Below are positions 32,874-47,699 of a stretch of 64,000 nt of DNA, piece by piece. The stretch is taken from positions 1-64,000 of the forward strand of contig JBMNJG010000016.1 of the NCBI GenBank assembly GCA_050951545.1, written 5' to 3'. The number at the start of each line of letters is the position of its first letter. The first letter of the stretch is position 1. This DNA is from Limnochordia bacterium (lineage in GTDB: Bacteria; Bacillota; Limnochordia; DTU080). The position numbers were made by a program, and so were the translations under genes. The notes beneath the pieces are model-generated. The model made no database searches, was not told the DNA's origin, and saw only the letters and a program-made list of their open reading frames with translations.

Positions 32874-33049
32874 CAGCCCCGGTGGTTGTCTCATCTCCTG
32901 GGGGAGTGGCCATTCGGCTCTCCCTCTTGAATCCTCCCTAGGAGATTCCACTAACTACCTCGCCCCCTCGCGCAAGGCACCAAAGGGATACCCCCCTCCC
33001 ATGTCGAATACATTCTTATGGATCATGTTTTCAATAGGGGGCGTATGAC

Positions 33050-33559
33050 ATGAGTTTTCTCAAACTCTGCAGGAAGCGTAGCAGTTGTCGGGGCTACCGA
33101 CCTACTCCTGTGCCGGAACAGAGACTGCAGTACGTCTTGGAGTGCGCCCGACACGCGCCCAGCGCTGCCAACAAGCAGCCCTGGAGGATCCATATTGTGG
33201 AGGGAGAGGCCAAAAAGAGACTGGACACCAGCTACGAGCGTCCCTGGTTCACCGAGGCACCTATGGCCGTGGTTTTCACCGGAGTCTCTGGCACAAACTG
33301 GGTGCGCAGCGACGGTATGGATTACCTCATGTGCGACGTCGCCATCATCTGTGATCACTTTACCTTAGCGGCAGCGGAGGTGGGCCTTGGCACATGCTGG
33401 ATTGCTGCCTTCGACAAAGAGGCCGTCCGCAGAGCACTGGGGCTGCCACCCGAGGAAGTGCCTTTCTTCCTAACCCCACTAGGGTTCGCCCAAGAAAGCA
33501 GTTCAAGGGAGAAACAACGCAAGACTCTAGAAGAGATCGTGGTGAGGCGCACGACCTAG
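33050..33559 (+). CDS. Nitroreductase family protein
   Basis: RSSCRGY, APSAANKQPW, GLGTCWI, RK motifs. Confidence 0.92.
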   Translation: MSFLKLCRKRSSCRGYRPTPVPEQRLQYVLECARHAPSAANKQPWRIHIVEGEAKKRLDTSYERPWFTEAPMAVVFTGVSGTNWVRSDGMDYLMCDVAIICDHFTLAAAEVGLGTCWIAAFDKEAVRRALGLPPEEVPFFLTPLGFAQESSSREKQRKTLEEIVVRRTT

Positions 33560-33572
33560 CGACCGTTGGCCA

Positions 33573-34271
33573 TCACCCCTCAGGCTGGGTTTCACTCCAC
33601 AACAAGGCGTCGAAGGGAGCTCGACGACCGGGGCACCTGTCACGACGGCATAGTCTGCACGTGGTGAAACTGACCTCTGACGGGAAAAAGACACCCGAGA
33701 CAGTCTTGTTAGGCTGCATAAGATAGGTTTCGCTGAGTCGCACACCGATCAGACTCTCCACATCACCGATCAGACGAAAAAGCTGTGCCTGCTGCTGAAT
33801 AGGCCATACTACAGCATCACCGGAACCCGGATGCATGGAAGACAGCCCGGGCAAGTCATAGACCGATTTCACATAGGCAGCCAAATGATGGCGGGCAGCA
33901 CTGAGGGCTAGCTCTTTGAGACATTCTACGCTGTAGCGCAGAAGCTCATCGTTGTACTCAGCAAGAAGCGCATCCAGTTCGGTACCACAGGTGGCAAGAA
34001 AAGGAAACACGCGATGCACGTCCGCCAGAGCCGTCCTCAACACGCGGCTCGTGAACGTGATACCATCGATGGTAACCGTGTCTTCCCCGCGCTCCTCCAC
34101 ATAGCACACGTCAAAGAGAGCCTTAGGTCGAACCACCTGCGCTGCCCGCTCAACCACATCCCGGATCTCGGGAGCGAAATCGGCTGACGACTCCACACGT
34201 AGCTTTCTCAAGAGAGCATCTGCGTCGGGCACAAAAGGGATCTCATCGAGGACTGTCACCATACCCATCAC
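33573..34271 (-). CDS. B12-dependent methionine synthase activation-domain-like protein
   Basis: FLATCG, PGSG..WPI.QQ..LF, GVRL...LM.P.KTVSG, C..C....C..RRAP tail. Confidence 0.75.
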   Translation of the reverse strand: MMGMVTVLDEIPFVPDADALLRKLRVESSADFAPEIRDVVERAAQVVRPKALFDVCYVEERGEDTVTIDGITFTSRVLRTALADVHRVFPFLATCGTELDALLAEYNDELLRYSVECLKELALSAARHHLAAYVKSVYDLPGLSSMHPGSGDAVVWPIQQQAQLFRLIGDVESLIGVRLSETYLMQPNKTVSGVFFPSEVSFTTCRLCRRDRCPGRRAPFDALLWSETQPEG

Positions 34272-34611
34272 CTCCGCACTCAGGCCCTTTGCACTACGTC
34301 ATCGCGATATGGGCCCTCATTTCCGTAGTTCGATTTTTGGGCCGGGTCGGGCCCGTATGCGCTGACTCCTCAGACGTCTTCCTTCGCTCTGCGGCAACGC
34401 TCACCCTTCTTAAGCTCGGAAATCAACCACTGCCCCAGCAGGGCTTTTCTGAGTGGGCGGGAAACACACCTAGCATGGGGATGCGTGGCGATCCTCGAGA
34501 GACATCATGCATTTCCCAGATACTGCCTGACGTATCTTGCCACGACGACGGTGAATGAGGGACTCTCGTGGCGACAGTTCGGCGCAGAAGGATTCACAAG
34601 GAGGCGTCTTC

Positions 34612-36276
34612 ATGTTCTGTTTTCAGTGCCAGGAAACGGTAGGCAACGCTGGTTGCACAGTACGAGGGGTATGTGGAAAATCGGGAAGCACCTCCAACCT
34701 CCAGGACTTGCTGATCTACGTACTCAAGGGAGTATCGGTCTACGGTGAAGAACTCAAGAGGCTGGGCAGTACAGACCGCAGTCCAGCCAAGATCACCTAC
34801 CAGGGTCTTTTTGCCACGATAACCAACGCCAATTTCGACGATGCGCGTTTCATCGCCCTAATTCGTGAGGCCCTCAGACAGCGTGGCCAGCTGCGGTCCA
34901 GATTCCTAGCACTCTACAAGGAGAGGGCAGGAAAAGACTTCGCCGGAGCACTGCCTGAAGCGGCCACATGGTCATCGGATGACCCCGCCGTGTTCGCTGG
35001 GAAGGCTCTCTCCGTTGGCGTACTGGCCTCTTCTGACCCGGATGTACGTTCCCTGCGTGAACTGCTCATCCTCGGCCTTAAGGGAATTGCCGCCTATGCA
35101 GACCACGCCGCCGTTCTCGGTTACCGTAAAGATGGGATCGAGGACTTCATGATGGAAGCGCTGGCCTCTACCACAAAGGAGCTATCAGTGGATGAGATGG
35201 TTGCCCTTGTGATGCGCGCGGGCGAGACTGCGGTTGCCGCCATGGCCCTTCTCGATGAGGCAAATACCCAGAGCTATGGGCACCCGGAGATCAGCACGGT
35301 AAGCATCGGCGTACGCAGCAATCCTGGGATACTCATCAGCGGGCATGACCTGAAAGACATGGAGGCTCTCCTTAAGCAGACCGAGGGCACGGGGATCGAT
35401 GTCTACACTCACGGTGAGATGCTGCCAGCCAACTACTACCCGGCCTTCAAGAAGCATAAGCACCTCGTCGGCAACTATGGTGGCTCGTGGTGGCACCAGA
35501 ACCAAGAGTTTGAATCCTTCAATGGTCCCATCCTGATGACTACGAACTGCCTAGTACCACTCAAGAACAGCAACAGCTACCTCGACCGCCTCTTTACCAC
35601 TGGCATCGTGGGTTACGAGGGGGCAACGCACATCCCTGACCACCCCGATGGCGGTGATAAGGACTTCTCCGCTATCATCGCCAAGGCCAAGCAGTGCCAG
35701 CCGCCCACACAGATCGAGAGCGGAGAGATTATCGGTGGATTCGCTCACAACCAAGTCTTCGGCCTGGCTGATCAGGTAGTGGCAGCTGTCAAGTCCGGAG
35801 CTATCAAGCGCTTTGTAGTCATGGCGGGCTGTGATGGGCGTCAGAAGTCACGGAGCTACTACACTGAGGTGGCCGAGCGGCTGCCCTCAGATACGGTGAT
35901 ACTGACGGCCGGGTGTGCCAAGTACCGCTATAACAAGCTGCAGCTCGGTGATATCGGTGGTATTCCTCGTGTCTTGGACGCTGGTCAGTGCAACGACTCC
36001 TACTCACTCGCGCTGATCGCCCTCAAGCTCAAGGAAGTCTTCGGTCTTGATGACATCAATGACCTACCCATCTCTTACGATATCGCCTGGTACGAGCAGA
36101 AGGCCGTGGCTGTGCTCCTTGCCCTTCTGCATCTCGGAGTCAGAGGCATCCGCCTTGGCCCAACACTACCTGCGTTCCTGTCGCCAGCCGTAGCAAAGGT
36201 TCTAATAGAGAACTTCGACATCAAGCCGATCGGCAGCGTGGAAGCCGATATCGCTGCGATGATGGCTGGCAACTAG
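34612..36276 (+). CDS. hcp: Hydroxylamine reductase / hybrid cluster protein
   Basis: MFCFQCQE...[41 protein letters not shown]. Confidence 0.97.
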   Translation: MFCFQCQETVGNAGCTVRGVCGKSGSTSNLQDLLIYVLKGVSVYGEELKRLGSTDRSPAKITYQGLFATITNANFDDARFIALIREALRQRGQLRSRFLALYKERAGKDFAGALPEAATWSSDDPAVFAGKALSVGVLASSDPDVRSLRELLILGLKGIAAYADHAAVLGYRKDGIEDFMMEALASTTKELSVDEMVALVMRAGETAVAAMALLDEANTQSYGHPEISTVSIGVRSNPGILISGHDLKDMEALLKQTEGTGIDVYTHGEMLPANYYPAFKKHKHLVGNYGGSWWHQNQEFESFNGPILMTTNCLVPLKNSNSYLDRLFTTGIVGYEGATHIPDHPDGGDKDFSAIIAKAKQCQPPTQIESGEIIGGFAHNQVFGLADQVVAAVKSGAIKRFVVMAGCDGRQKSRSYYTEVAERLPSDTVILTAGCAKYRYNKLQLGDIGGIPRVLDAGQCNDSYSLALIALKLKEVFGLDDINDLPISYDIAWYEQKAVAVLLALLHLGVRGIRLGPTLPAFLSPAVAKVLIENFDIKPIGSVEADIAAMMAGN

Positions 36277-36401
36277 ACGGAAGCGATATGAAGCGGTTCC
36301 CGGGGGGCCAAAGCGATGATCGCGAGGAATCTGCACGAGACGAGTGCGCCGGGGCCTACCCAGAAGACGGTCTTTGTCGACGACTAGAAGCATGAAGACG
36401 G

Positions 36402-36447
36402 GAAAAGCAAAACCCCTTGAGCCGCAACGCAAGGGGCTTTGCTTTTC
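36402..36447. terminator. Bidirectional terminator between hcp and tRNA-Asn
   Basis: GAAAAGCAAAACCCCTTG...CAAGGGGCTTTGCTTTTC inverted repeat. Confidence 0.8.
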
Positions 36448-36450
36448 TAT

Positions 36451-36525
36451 TGGCTCCCCGGGCTGGACTCGAACCAGCAACCACCCGGTTAACAGCCGGG
36501 TGCTCTACCATTGAGCTACCGAGGA
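36451..36525 (-). tRNA. tRNA-Asn(GTT)
   Basis: TCCTCGGTAGCTCAATGGTAGAGCACCCGGCTGTTAACCGGG...GGTTCGAGTCC...GGGAGCCA. Confidence 0.97.
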
Positions 36526-36557
36526 AGGTCTGCGCAGCTACTATGGTCAACACCAAT

Positions 36558-36587
36558 AGGATAGCACGCCCTCGGAGGACATGTCAA
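36558..36587 (-). promoter_or_regulatory. sigma-A-like promoter of tRNA-Asn
   Basis: TTGACA-18-TATCCT with TG extension. Confidence 0.6.
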
Positions 36588-36604
36588 GTCTTCCGAGGGC
36601 TGGC

Positions 36605-38320
36605 CAGGACTTCCGCAAGGAACCGCCGCTGGTCCCTGACGAGGTGCGCGCTCCTTCGTCCTGCTGTCTCTTCACTTCGCTCCGGTCATTCGGGTGGCTC
36701 GCAGGTAATAAGGCCCCCTTACCCCCAGAGAATACGTCTACTGCGGCCCGAGGTAGTTATTCTCCCGTGTGCAGATCGGCCTTCTCCGACCTACGTAACG
36801 ACTACCATCTCTCTAGGTGGGTAGGCCTTTTCCCTCACCCGCCTGCGAGCCAGATAGGCCACCACGACCATGCCGTCGCGGATCTGCCGCATGACTCCCC
36901 GCAACGTCACTCTGCCCCACTTGTAGGACCGTAGGTTGCGCCTCACAAACAGCTGAAACAGGTTGTAGGCCATGACGAATAGCGTGAGCAAAACCTCAAT
37001 GACTTGTGGCTCGTAGCAGTAGGCATGGCCTAGGTGGAAATGATGCTTCAGGAAATGGAACCCACCATTCTCGATGTCCCAGCGCCGGTGCGCTATCTTC
37101 CACACAGTCAGTGCGGGCATTATCTTCCTGCTGGCATTGGTCACAAAGTGAGTGGTTACCTCCTGCTCTTTGATCGTCTCACCGGCCGCGTTGAGCTCCC
37201 TGCGTATCTCACGAACCTTAATACAGCGCAAGGGCTCATTCACGCCCTCCCAGCTGGTGAAACCCTCGTCCTCCCAGGTCTGGACATCATACACCGTATT
37301 GCTTTCGGCCTTCAATCGAACACGCCGGTGTACCTCGTTGGGGCTTTGTCCTTCAAAAAGAGCATCGGCATCCTTGATGATGTTGTAGTCCTCCTGCTTT
37401 ACCCGAACGATAACATGCTTATTCTGTCCCAGTACGGTGTTAAGAAAGGGGCTCCCAGCGAAACCGGCGTCCACGGTCACAACATCGCAAAACCGGCAAT
37501 GACGCTGATAGAGGTCCTTAAGCACGGCTCGGGCGACAGTCGTCTCTTCCTGTCCGGCCGGTATGCGCACCATGTCTAAAAGGAGATTTGTCCCTGATGC
37601 GCTCACATACTGGACGCCTAGGGCATGCTCCAGATACCTTTCCTTCTCGACACTTCCGCCATGCACGTCCTTCCGATGGTGACCTGCATGGCCCAAACGC
37701 TCGCTCTTGGTCGAGAACAACCCTGTGCCGTCGATTGCCACGACGCGGAAACCCTCAACCCGTGTCTGGTCCAACGCCTTGTTCCTTCTGGCTTTGGTGA
37801 TGATGGCGTCACTTGCCCGTACAAGACTGTCGCGGTCAACCCGCTCAAAAGCGTAGATGAACGTATCAGCACTAGGGCGGTCCGTGCCAGCTACACCATC
37901 ATAGCTACCGTCACGGATGGCCTCCGCCAACTGATTCATGCTACGAATCCCCGTAACAATGCCTATCATCATCTTCCATGTTAGGCCAGGCAATCCGTAA
38001 CGCGGCCGGACCCGGCCATCCTTAACCTGCCGAAGGTGTTGCTCAACGCCGTAGGTTCCATTACAATAGTTAACGAACCGTTCAAACACATCTGCCATGT
38101 TTCCCCGTAGCCCCTTTCGCAGCGGCTGGTAACTACTGCATTCGGCAGCTACGGGGATTCTCTTCTTACGCCACCAGAAGTCTTTATCTTCACATCCGCG
38201 CCAACCGCGCGAATTGACTGACAGAATTTTCGAACAAGGTCCCTCTTCCCGCTAGGCCCCCAATACCCCTTCATAGGCCCTTTCAGGGTGCCTTCAACTT
38301 AGTGGCTTGCGGAAGTCCTG
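36605..38320 (-). mobile_element. Insertion sequence (DDE, IS4-superfamily/ISNCY-like), 1716 bp
   Basis: Perfect 15-bp terminal IRs CAGGACTTCCGCAAG; 9-bp target duplication AGGGCTGGC at 36596-36604 and 38321-38329. Confidence 0.93.
36791..38098 (-). CDS. DDE transposase
   Basis: VVAIDGT, VTVDAGF, RRWDIENGGFHFLK motifs. Confidence 0.93.
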   Translation of the reverse strand: MADVFERFVNYCNGTYGVEQHLRQVKDGRVRPRYGLPGLTWKMMIGIVTGIRSMNQLAEAIRDGSYDGVAGTDRPSADTFIYAFERVDRDSLVRASDAIITKARRNKALDQTRVEGFRVVAIDGTGLFSTKSERLGHAGHHRKDVHGGSVEKERYLEHALGVQYVSASGTNLLLDMVRIPAGQEETTVARAVLKDLYQRHCRFCDVVTVDAGFAGSPFLNTVLGQNKHVIVRVKQEDYNIIKDADALFEGQSPNEVHRRVRLKAESNTVYDVQTWEDEGFTSWEGVNEPLRCIKVREIRRELNAAGETIKEQEVTTHFVTNASRKIMPALTVWKIAHRRWDIENGGFHFLKHHFHLGHAYCYEPQVIEVLLTLFVMAYNLFQLFVRRNLRSYKWGRVTLRGVMRQIRDGMVVVAYLARRRVREKAYPPREMVVVT

Positions 38321-38326
38321 AGGGCT

Positions 38327-38894
38327 GGCGAGCTACTCTCCCGCGCCTTCAGCTGGCCTTTGCTTCGCAAAGTCTCAGCTGTGGCACCGGTTGCCCAGGG
38401 GCAACCCTGTGAGCTCCAGCAAAAGCAAACGTCCCGCACTTGGCGGGACGTCTAAGGGTTTTGCCGGCGGCGAGCTACTCTCCCGCGCCTTCAGCTGGCC
38501 TTTGCTGCGCAAAGTCTCAGCTGTGGCACCGGTTGCCCAGGGGCAACCCTGTGAGCTCCAGCAAAAGCAAACGTCCCGCACTTGGCGGGACGTCTAAGGG
38601 TTTTGCCGGCGGCGAGCTACTCTCCCGCGCCTTCAGCTGGCCTTTGCTGCGCAAAGTCTCAGCTGTGGCACCGGTTGCCCAGGGGCAACCCTGTGAGCTC
38701 CAGCAAAAGCAAACGTCCCGCACTTGGCGGGACGTCTAAGGGTTTTGCCGGCGGCGAGCTACTCTCCCGCGCCTTCAGCTGGCCTTTGCTTCGCAAAGTC
38801 TCAGCTGTGGCACCGGTTGCCCAGGGGCAACCCTGTGAGCTCCAGCAAAAGCAAACGTCCCGCACTTGGCGGGACGTCTAAGGGTTTTGCCGGC
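38327..38894. repeat. Four tandem 142-bp repeats carrying the 5S rRNA 3' end and terminator hairpin
   Basis: Units start at 38327, 38469, 38611 and 38753 (GGCGAGCTACTCTCCC). Identical except for one T/G site. Confidence 0.95.
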
Positions 38895-39005
38895 GGCGAG
38901 CTACTCTCCCACAGGGTTGCCCCTGCAGTACCATCACCGCTGGAGGGCTTAACTGCCGTGTTCGGGATGGGAACGGGTGGGTCCCCTCCGCCATTGCCAC
39001 CGACA
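38888..39005 (-). rRNA. rrf: 5S rRNA
   Basis: CCCGTTCCCATCCCGAACACGG, GATGGTACTG and GGGAGAGTAG on the minus strand. Ends approximate. Confidence 0.95.
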
Positions 39006-39083
39006 AAGTCTCCAGGTGCTGTGCACCCTCACAACTGCACAGAAGATAAGATGACGATTGCTGCCTGAGAGCTTACTACTTTT

Positions 39084-42068
<2,985 letters not shown>

Positions 42069-42334
42069 GATTAAGCCCGCGTGTGCTCTTTTGAGCCACG
42101 CTAGGTTTGTAAGTCTCCTCAGGCAACTAGGAGTCGCCATGATGGTCGAGGGACCATCAAACGATCTCCATACACACCTCACCGCGTCGATGTCAGTCGC
42201 GGCAGGTGTGTGTATCGTCACCTTTTCTCCTCTGTGCAGTTGTCAAGGTGCAAAGACTGCTCCAGTCCCTGGCAACTAAACAGCGTACATCAGCAAGGGC
42301 CGACCTAGGAGTAGCCAAGACTGACCGCCTTGGC

Positions 42335-43856
<1,522 letters not shown>

Positions 43857-44113
43857 CTGGTATCATTACGGTGCTAGGCACCGGAATAATCTTGGATGCT
43901 TACCTGGCTTCTTCGAAATTACTCGTAGAAGCTCGCACCTCTCAGAGTTGCTACTCCGAGAAGTGTTCATAGGTTTCTCAAGCTCGCTACCAATCCATTA
44001 CGATCGGCGCTCGCTTTCCCTTGCTTCTTTTTGCACGCTGTTTAGTTGTCAAGGACCAGAGTGTGCCGCCCGTTAAGCGCTTCTCAAAGCAGTGCTCTCG
44101 AGGCAGCTTGTGC

Positions 44114-44142
44114 ATTGTATCATGCCATCTTAGGCATGTCAA
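44114..44142 (-). promoter_or_regulatory. rrn promoter
   Basis: TTGACA-17-TACAAT with TG extension. Confidence 0.8.
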
Positions 44143-44224
44143 GCGCCCGTGATCACTGATGATCACTCACTCATGACTGAGCCTATCCCCTACTTGACCT
44201 CCTCAACTTGGAGCTACGAGGCAG

Positions 44225-45727
44225 TCATTGCTCACGCGGCCTCAGATGGGGGAAGAAGAGAACCTCGCGAATAGAGGGTGAATTCGTAAGCAACATCACC
44301 AGGCGATCTAGCCCTATGCCCAAACCCGCTGCCGGTGGCATACCATACTCCAACGCCCGCAGAAAATCCTCGTCCAGAAACTGCGCTTCTTCGTCCCCAC
44401 GCTCACGAGCCCGCATCTGCTCTTCCATGCGATGGCGCTGGTCAATAGGATCATTTAGCTCGGAGAAACCGTTGGCGATCTCCCAGCAGTTGGCGTAGGC
44501 CTCAAAGCGATCTGTGACCTTAGGGTTTTCAGCGTTCCGCTTCGCAAGAGGTGACACCTCCACGGGATGGTGAGTGACAAACGTAGGTTGAACCAGGGAG
44601 CTCTCTACTCGATCCTCAAAGATGGCGTTTAGGACCTCTCCAGCACTCGCCGTGGGGGGTACCGCCACTCCCAGCTTCGGCGCCTCTGCCCGAGCCGCTC
44701 GATCCTCCATCGTCAGAAAATCAAGGCCCGTATGTTCCCGCACCAGCTCCGCCATTGGCGTACGGGGCCACGGCGGGGTAAAATCCAGTATTATGTCACC
44801 AAAGGGCACCTGGGTAGAGCCAGTCACTGCTACGGCGACGTGGGCCACCAACTCTTCTGTCAGGACCATCATGTCGAGGAAATCGGCGTATGCCCAGTAG
44901 GCCTCCATTGCTGTGAACTCCGGATTATGCTTGGTGGAAATGCCTTCATTTCGGAAGTTCTTCCCGATCTCGAACACACGGTTGATTCCACCTACGAGCA
45001 GACGCTTCAAGTAAAGCTCCGGAGCAATCCGCAGATAAAGCTGCATATCCAGTGCGTTATGATAGGTAAGGAACGGCCGAGCGTTAGCCCCTCCAGCGAT
45101 GGGATGGAGAACTGGCGTCTCGACCTCTAGAAAGTCGCGAGAGACAAGGTATTCCCGCATGCTACTGATGGCCGCGCTGCGAGACCGAAAGATCTCACTG
45201 ACCTGCGGATTGGCTATCAGGTCTAGATAACGCATCCGGTAGCGCAGTTCGACGTCTTTGAGACCATGCCACTTCTCCGGCAGAGGCCGCAAGGCCTTTG
45301 CCAGAAGCTCAAAGCCCTCAACCTCTACGCTGATCTCTCCTCGCCGCGTGCGAAACACAGTCCCACTGAGCCCAACGATATCTCCGATATCAAGGCGTCG
45401 AAAGTCCTCATACGCCTCCTCGCCTAGCTTGTCTAGGCGAGCATACAGTTGAAGACGCCCTGAAGGATCCTGCAGATCGGCAAAGCTCGCCTTGCCGTGA
45501 CCACGCACAGCCAGCAGCCGACCAGCTAGAGAGACCGCTGAGCCCTCGAGCTCCGTGAAGCGTTCGACAATCTCTGCGTTCTGATGGGTAAACGCGTAGC
45601 GACCTCCATAGGGCTGCTTGCCTCTCTCGCGCCATTCCTCCATCTTCTGCAGACGAACCAGCATCTGATCCGACACATCGTCCCCATACCACTCTTCGCC
45701 CACGTGCGGTTGATCAACCACGACCAT
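44225..45727 (-). CDS. lysS: Lysine--tRNA ligase (class II)
   Basis: LPEKWHGL, GGANARPF, LRIAPELYLK, FRNEG, YGMPP. Confidence 0.98.
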   Translation of the reverse strand: MVVVDQPHVGEEWYGDDVSDQMLVRLQKMEEWRERGKQPYGGRYAFTHQNAEIVERFTELEGSAVSLAGRLLAVRGHGKASFADLQDPSGRLQLYARLDKLGEEAYEDFRRLDIGDIVGLSGTVFRTRRGEISVEVEGFELLAKALRPLPEKWHGLKDVELRYRMRYLDLIANPQVSEIFRSRSAAISSMREYLVSRDFLEVETPVLHPIAGGANARPFLTYHNALDMQLYLRIAPELYLKRLLVGGINRVFEIGKNFRNEGISTKHNPEFTAMEAYWAYADFLDMMVLTEELVAHVAVAVTGSTQVPFGDIILDFTPPWPRTPMAELVREHTGLDFLTMEDRAARAEAPKLGVAVPPTASAGEVLNAIFEDRVESSLVQPTFVTHHPVEVSPLAKRNAENPKVTDRFEAYANCWEIANGFSELNDPIDQRHRMEEQMRARERGDEEAQFLDEDFLRALEYGMPPAAGLGIGLDRLVMLLTNSPSIREVLFFPHLRPREQ

Positions 45728-45847
45728 GCCTCCAAATCACTGGCTGTTGCCCTGCTCACAAACAGCAGACCTGTCTACACATACAAAGAGAGGCCAGCAT
45801 AAGCCAGCCCCAATGCCCTGCTACCATACCTTAGCATAGCCCATCAT

Positions 45848-46324
45848 CTACCGGGCAATGCCGACAACCTGATAGCGTAGCAACCCCGCCGGGGCGTGTA
45901 CCTCAACCACTGAACCGACGCTCTTCCCCATCACTGCCTTACCTACAGGCGACTCATTACTGATCTTTGCCGCGCTCGGATCCGCCTCCGCAGATCCCAC
46001 CAGAACGTAGTCGAACTCTTCGCCAGACTCCAGATCCTTGAGCTTGACCCTTGTGCCAAGAGATACAGCACCATCAGTTACTTCATCGTTGTCGATAAGC
46101 CGCGCATTACGCAACCACTTCTCTAGCTTAAGCACGCGCCCTTCCACGAACGCTTGCTCATTCTTGGCATCGTCATACTCCGAGTTTTCGGAGATGTCAC
46201 CAAATTCCAGTGCTTGCTTGATTCGGGCCGCCACTTGCCGGCGCCTAACCGTCTTGAGATGCTCCAGCTCTTTTTCAAGCTTCGCCAGCCCATCAGGAGT
46301 GAGCAGTACTTCCTTTTCTGCCAT
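45848..46324 (-). CDS. greA: Transcription elongation factor GreA
   Basis: FGDISENSEYDDAK and ISNESPVGKA motifs. Confidence 0.97.
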   Translation of the reverse strand: MAEKEVLLTPDGLAKLEKELEHLKTVRRRQVAARIKQALEFGDISENSEYDDAKNEQAFVEGRVLKLEKWLRNARLIDNDEVTDGAVSLGTRVKLKDLESGEEFDYVLVGSAEADPSAAKISNESPVGKAVMGKSVGSVVEVHAPAGLLRYQVVGIAR

Positions 46325-46512
46325 GAAAGAGCGTACTTCCTTTCTTTGCGGAAATGTGGCCCGGCAGACCCACTCTTTGAGACCAACCTGCGCGACCATA
46401 GCAAGAAAGAAGCCAAATCGAGCAACACAACATCTAGGCGGCGCCTCGCCAAGGGCCAGCGCCTGCTTCATGTACTACTTCCCTTGCCTGCCGATTCCTT
46501 TTCACGGCGCGG

Positions 46513-46542
46513 ATTATAACTCACGCCGACTTGCTCTGTCAA
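46513..46542 (-). promoter_or_regulatory. sigma-A promoter upstream of greA
   Basis: TTGACA-18-TATAAT. Confidence 0.7.
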
Positions 46543-46585
46543 GCGGCAGGCAAGCCCTAGATAACGAGGTACAGGCTTCGCCCGC

Positions 46586-47677
46586 TCAAACGAAGCTTGC
46601 TCGTCTGCTTTTTTTCGCCTCTGCCCTAACCTGAGCAAAGCGTTCGGGCGGTACAGCGCGCTCAAAACTTCGGAGCCCGGCCAACCTAAAGCCATGCTTC
46701 TCAGCCAATCGTGAGATTTCTTTCACTTTGGCCGGGTCCAGGTCACGACCAAGGCTGTAGTCTTCATAGCGCCCCTCAAGTGCCAGGATCATCGTCTCCG
46801 CCATGCATGCATAGGCGGTACCTCGCGGGAAACCAAAATCCATACCAAAGTCTACATTCCCTGGCACTACCACCACTCCACCTTCGAAGACCAATACATC
46901 CCGCCGAGCCTCAGCGACTGTCTTGGAGACGTTACGAGGACGACTTACGTCGCATACGATGGTGCCGGGCTGTAGATCGGCGGCATCCACCACCGCTTCC
47001 ATGGCGCTCGTAACAGCTACGATCACCCCCGCGCTGCGCACAGCTGCCGACAGATCCGTCTGAACACATACAGAAGCCCCCGTCTCCTCGCGGACAAGCG
47101 AAGCCGTCTGCTCCAGCTTCTTCACATCCCTAGCCACAAGGGTTACGTCCAGTCCCCGAGCCGCCAGAAGGCGAGCGCAAGCCTTGCCTATGGAGCCCGA
47201 TGCACCAAGGACGCTTACCGGCAAGGACTTCAGGTCAACCCCCATCGCCTGTGCCGCATAGTCCAACCCCTGCAAGGCTGTGGCTACTGTGTAGGTGTTC
47301 CCCGTGGTCACGGCAATATCGAGCTGGCGAGCGACACTGACACCCGCGTCTCCCACCACCGCGGTAAAAGCGCCGAGACCCACGATCTTAGCCCCGCAGT
47401 CGGCAGCCTTGCGGCCCGCGGCCACGATCTTTTTTAGCACCTTATCGACAGGGATCTTCTCCACCATCAAGCGAGGCGTCAGTGTGAGTCCGATAAACCA
47501 ACCCTCAGCCTCCAGACCCGTCAATGAGCGCACACCAGTGATGTGGGAGGCTACCAAAGGGGGCGCAAAACGAACTGCACTTTCTAACAAGCTGTCGGGC
47601 AGTTTCGCCGCGCCAGGGAATTTTCGTTCGAGATCATGTAGGTCCAGTGGATGGACGATGAAGCCAAACCTCTCCAA
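46586..47677 (-). CDS. Acyl-ACP-reductase-like NAD(P)-dependent dehydrogenase
   Basis: FGFIVHP, GLGAFT, TTGNTYT, GASGSIG, CDVSRPRNV, YACMAETMILALEG. Confidence 0.75.
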   Translation of the reverse strand: MERFGFIVHPLDLHDLERKFPGAAKLPDSLLESAVRFAPPLVASHITGVRSLTGLEAEGWFIGLTLTPRLMVEKIPVDKVLKKIVAAGRKAADCGAKIVGLGAFTAVVGDAGVSVARQLDIAVTTGNTYTVATALQGLDYAAQAMGVDLKSLPVSVLGASGSIGKACARLLAARGLDVTLVARDVKKLEQTASLVREETGASVCVQTDLSAAVRSAGVIVAVTSAMEAVVDAADLQPGTIVCDVSRPRNVSKTVAEARRDVLVFEGGVVVVPGNVDFGMDFGFPRGTAYACMAETMILALEGRYEDYSLGRDLDPAKVKEISRLAEKHGFRLAGLRSFERAVPPERFAQVRAEAKKSRRASFV

Positions 47678-47699
47678 CGTGCCGCCTCCCGAGTCTCTC

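Noticed and set aside
38327-38894. Possible CRISPR array
   Set aside because: Units are 142-bp near-identical repeats with no unique spacers, and there are no cas genes in the window.
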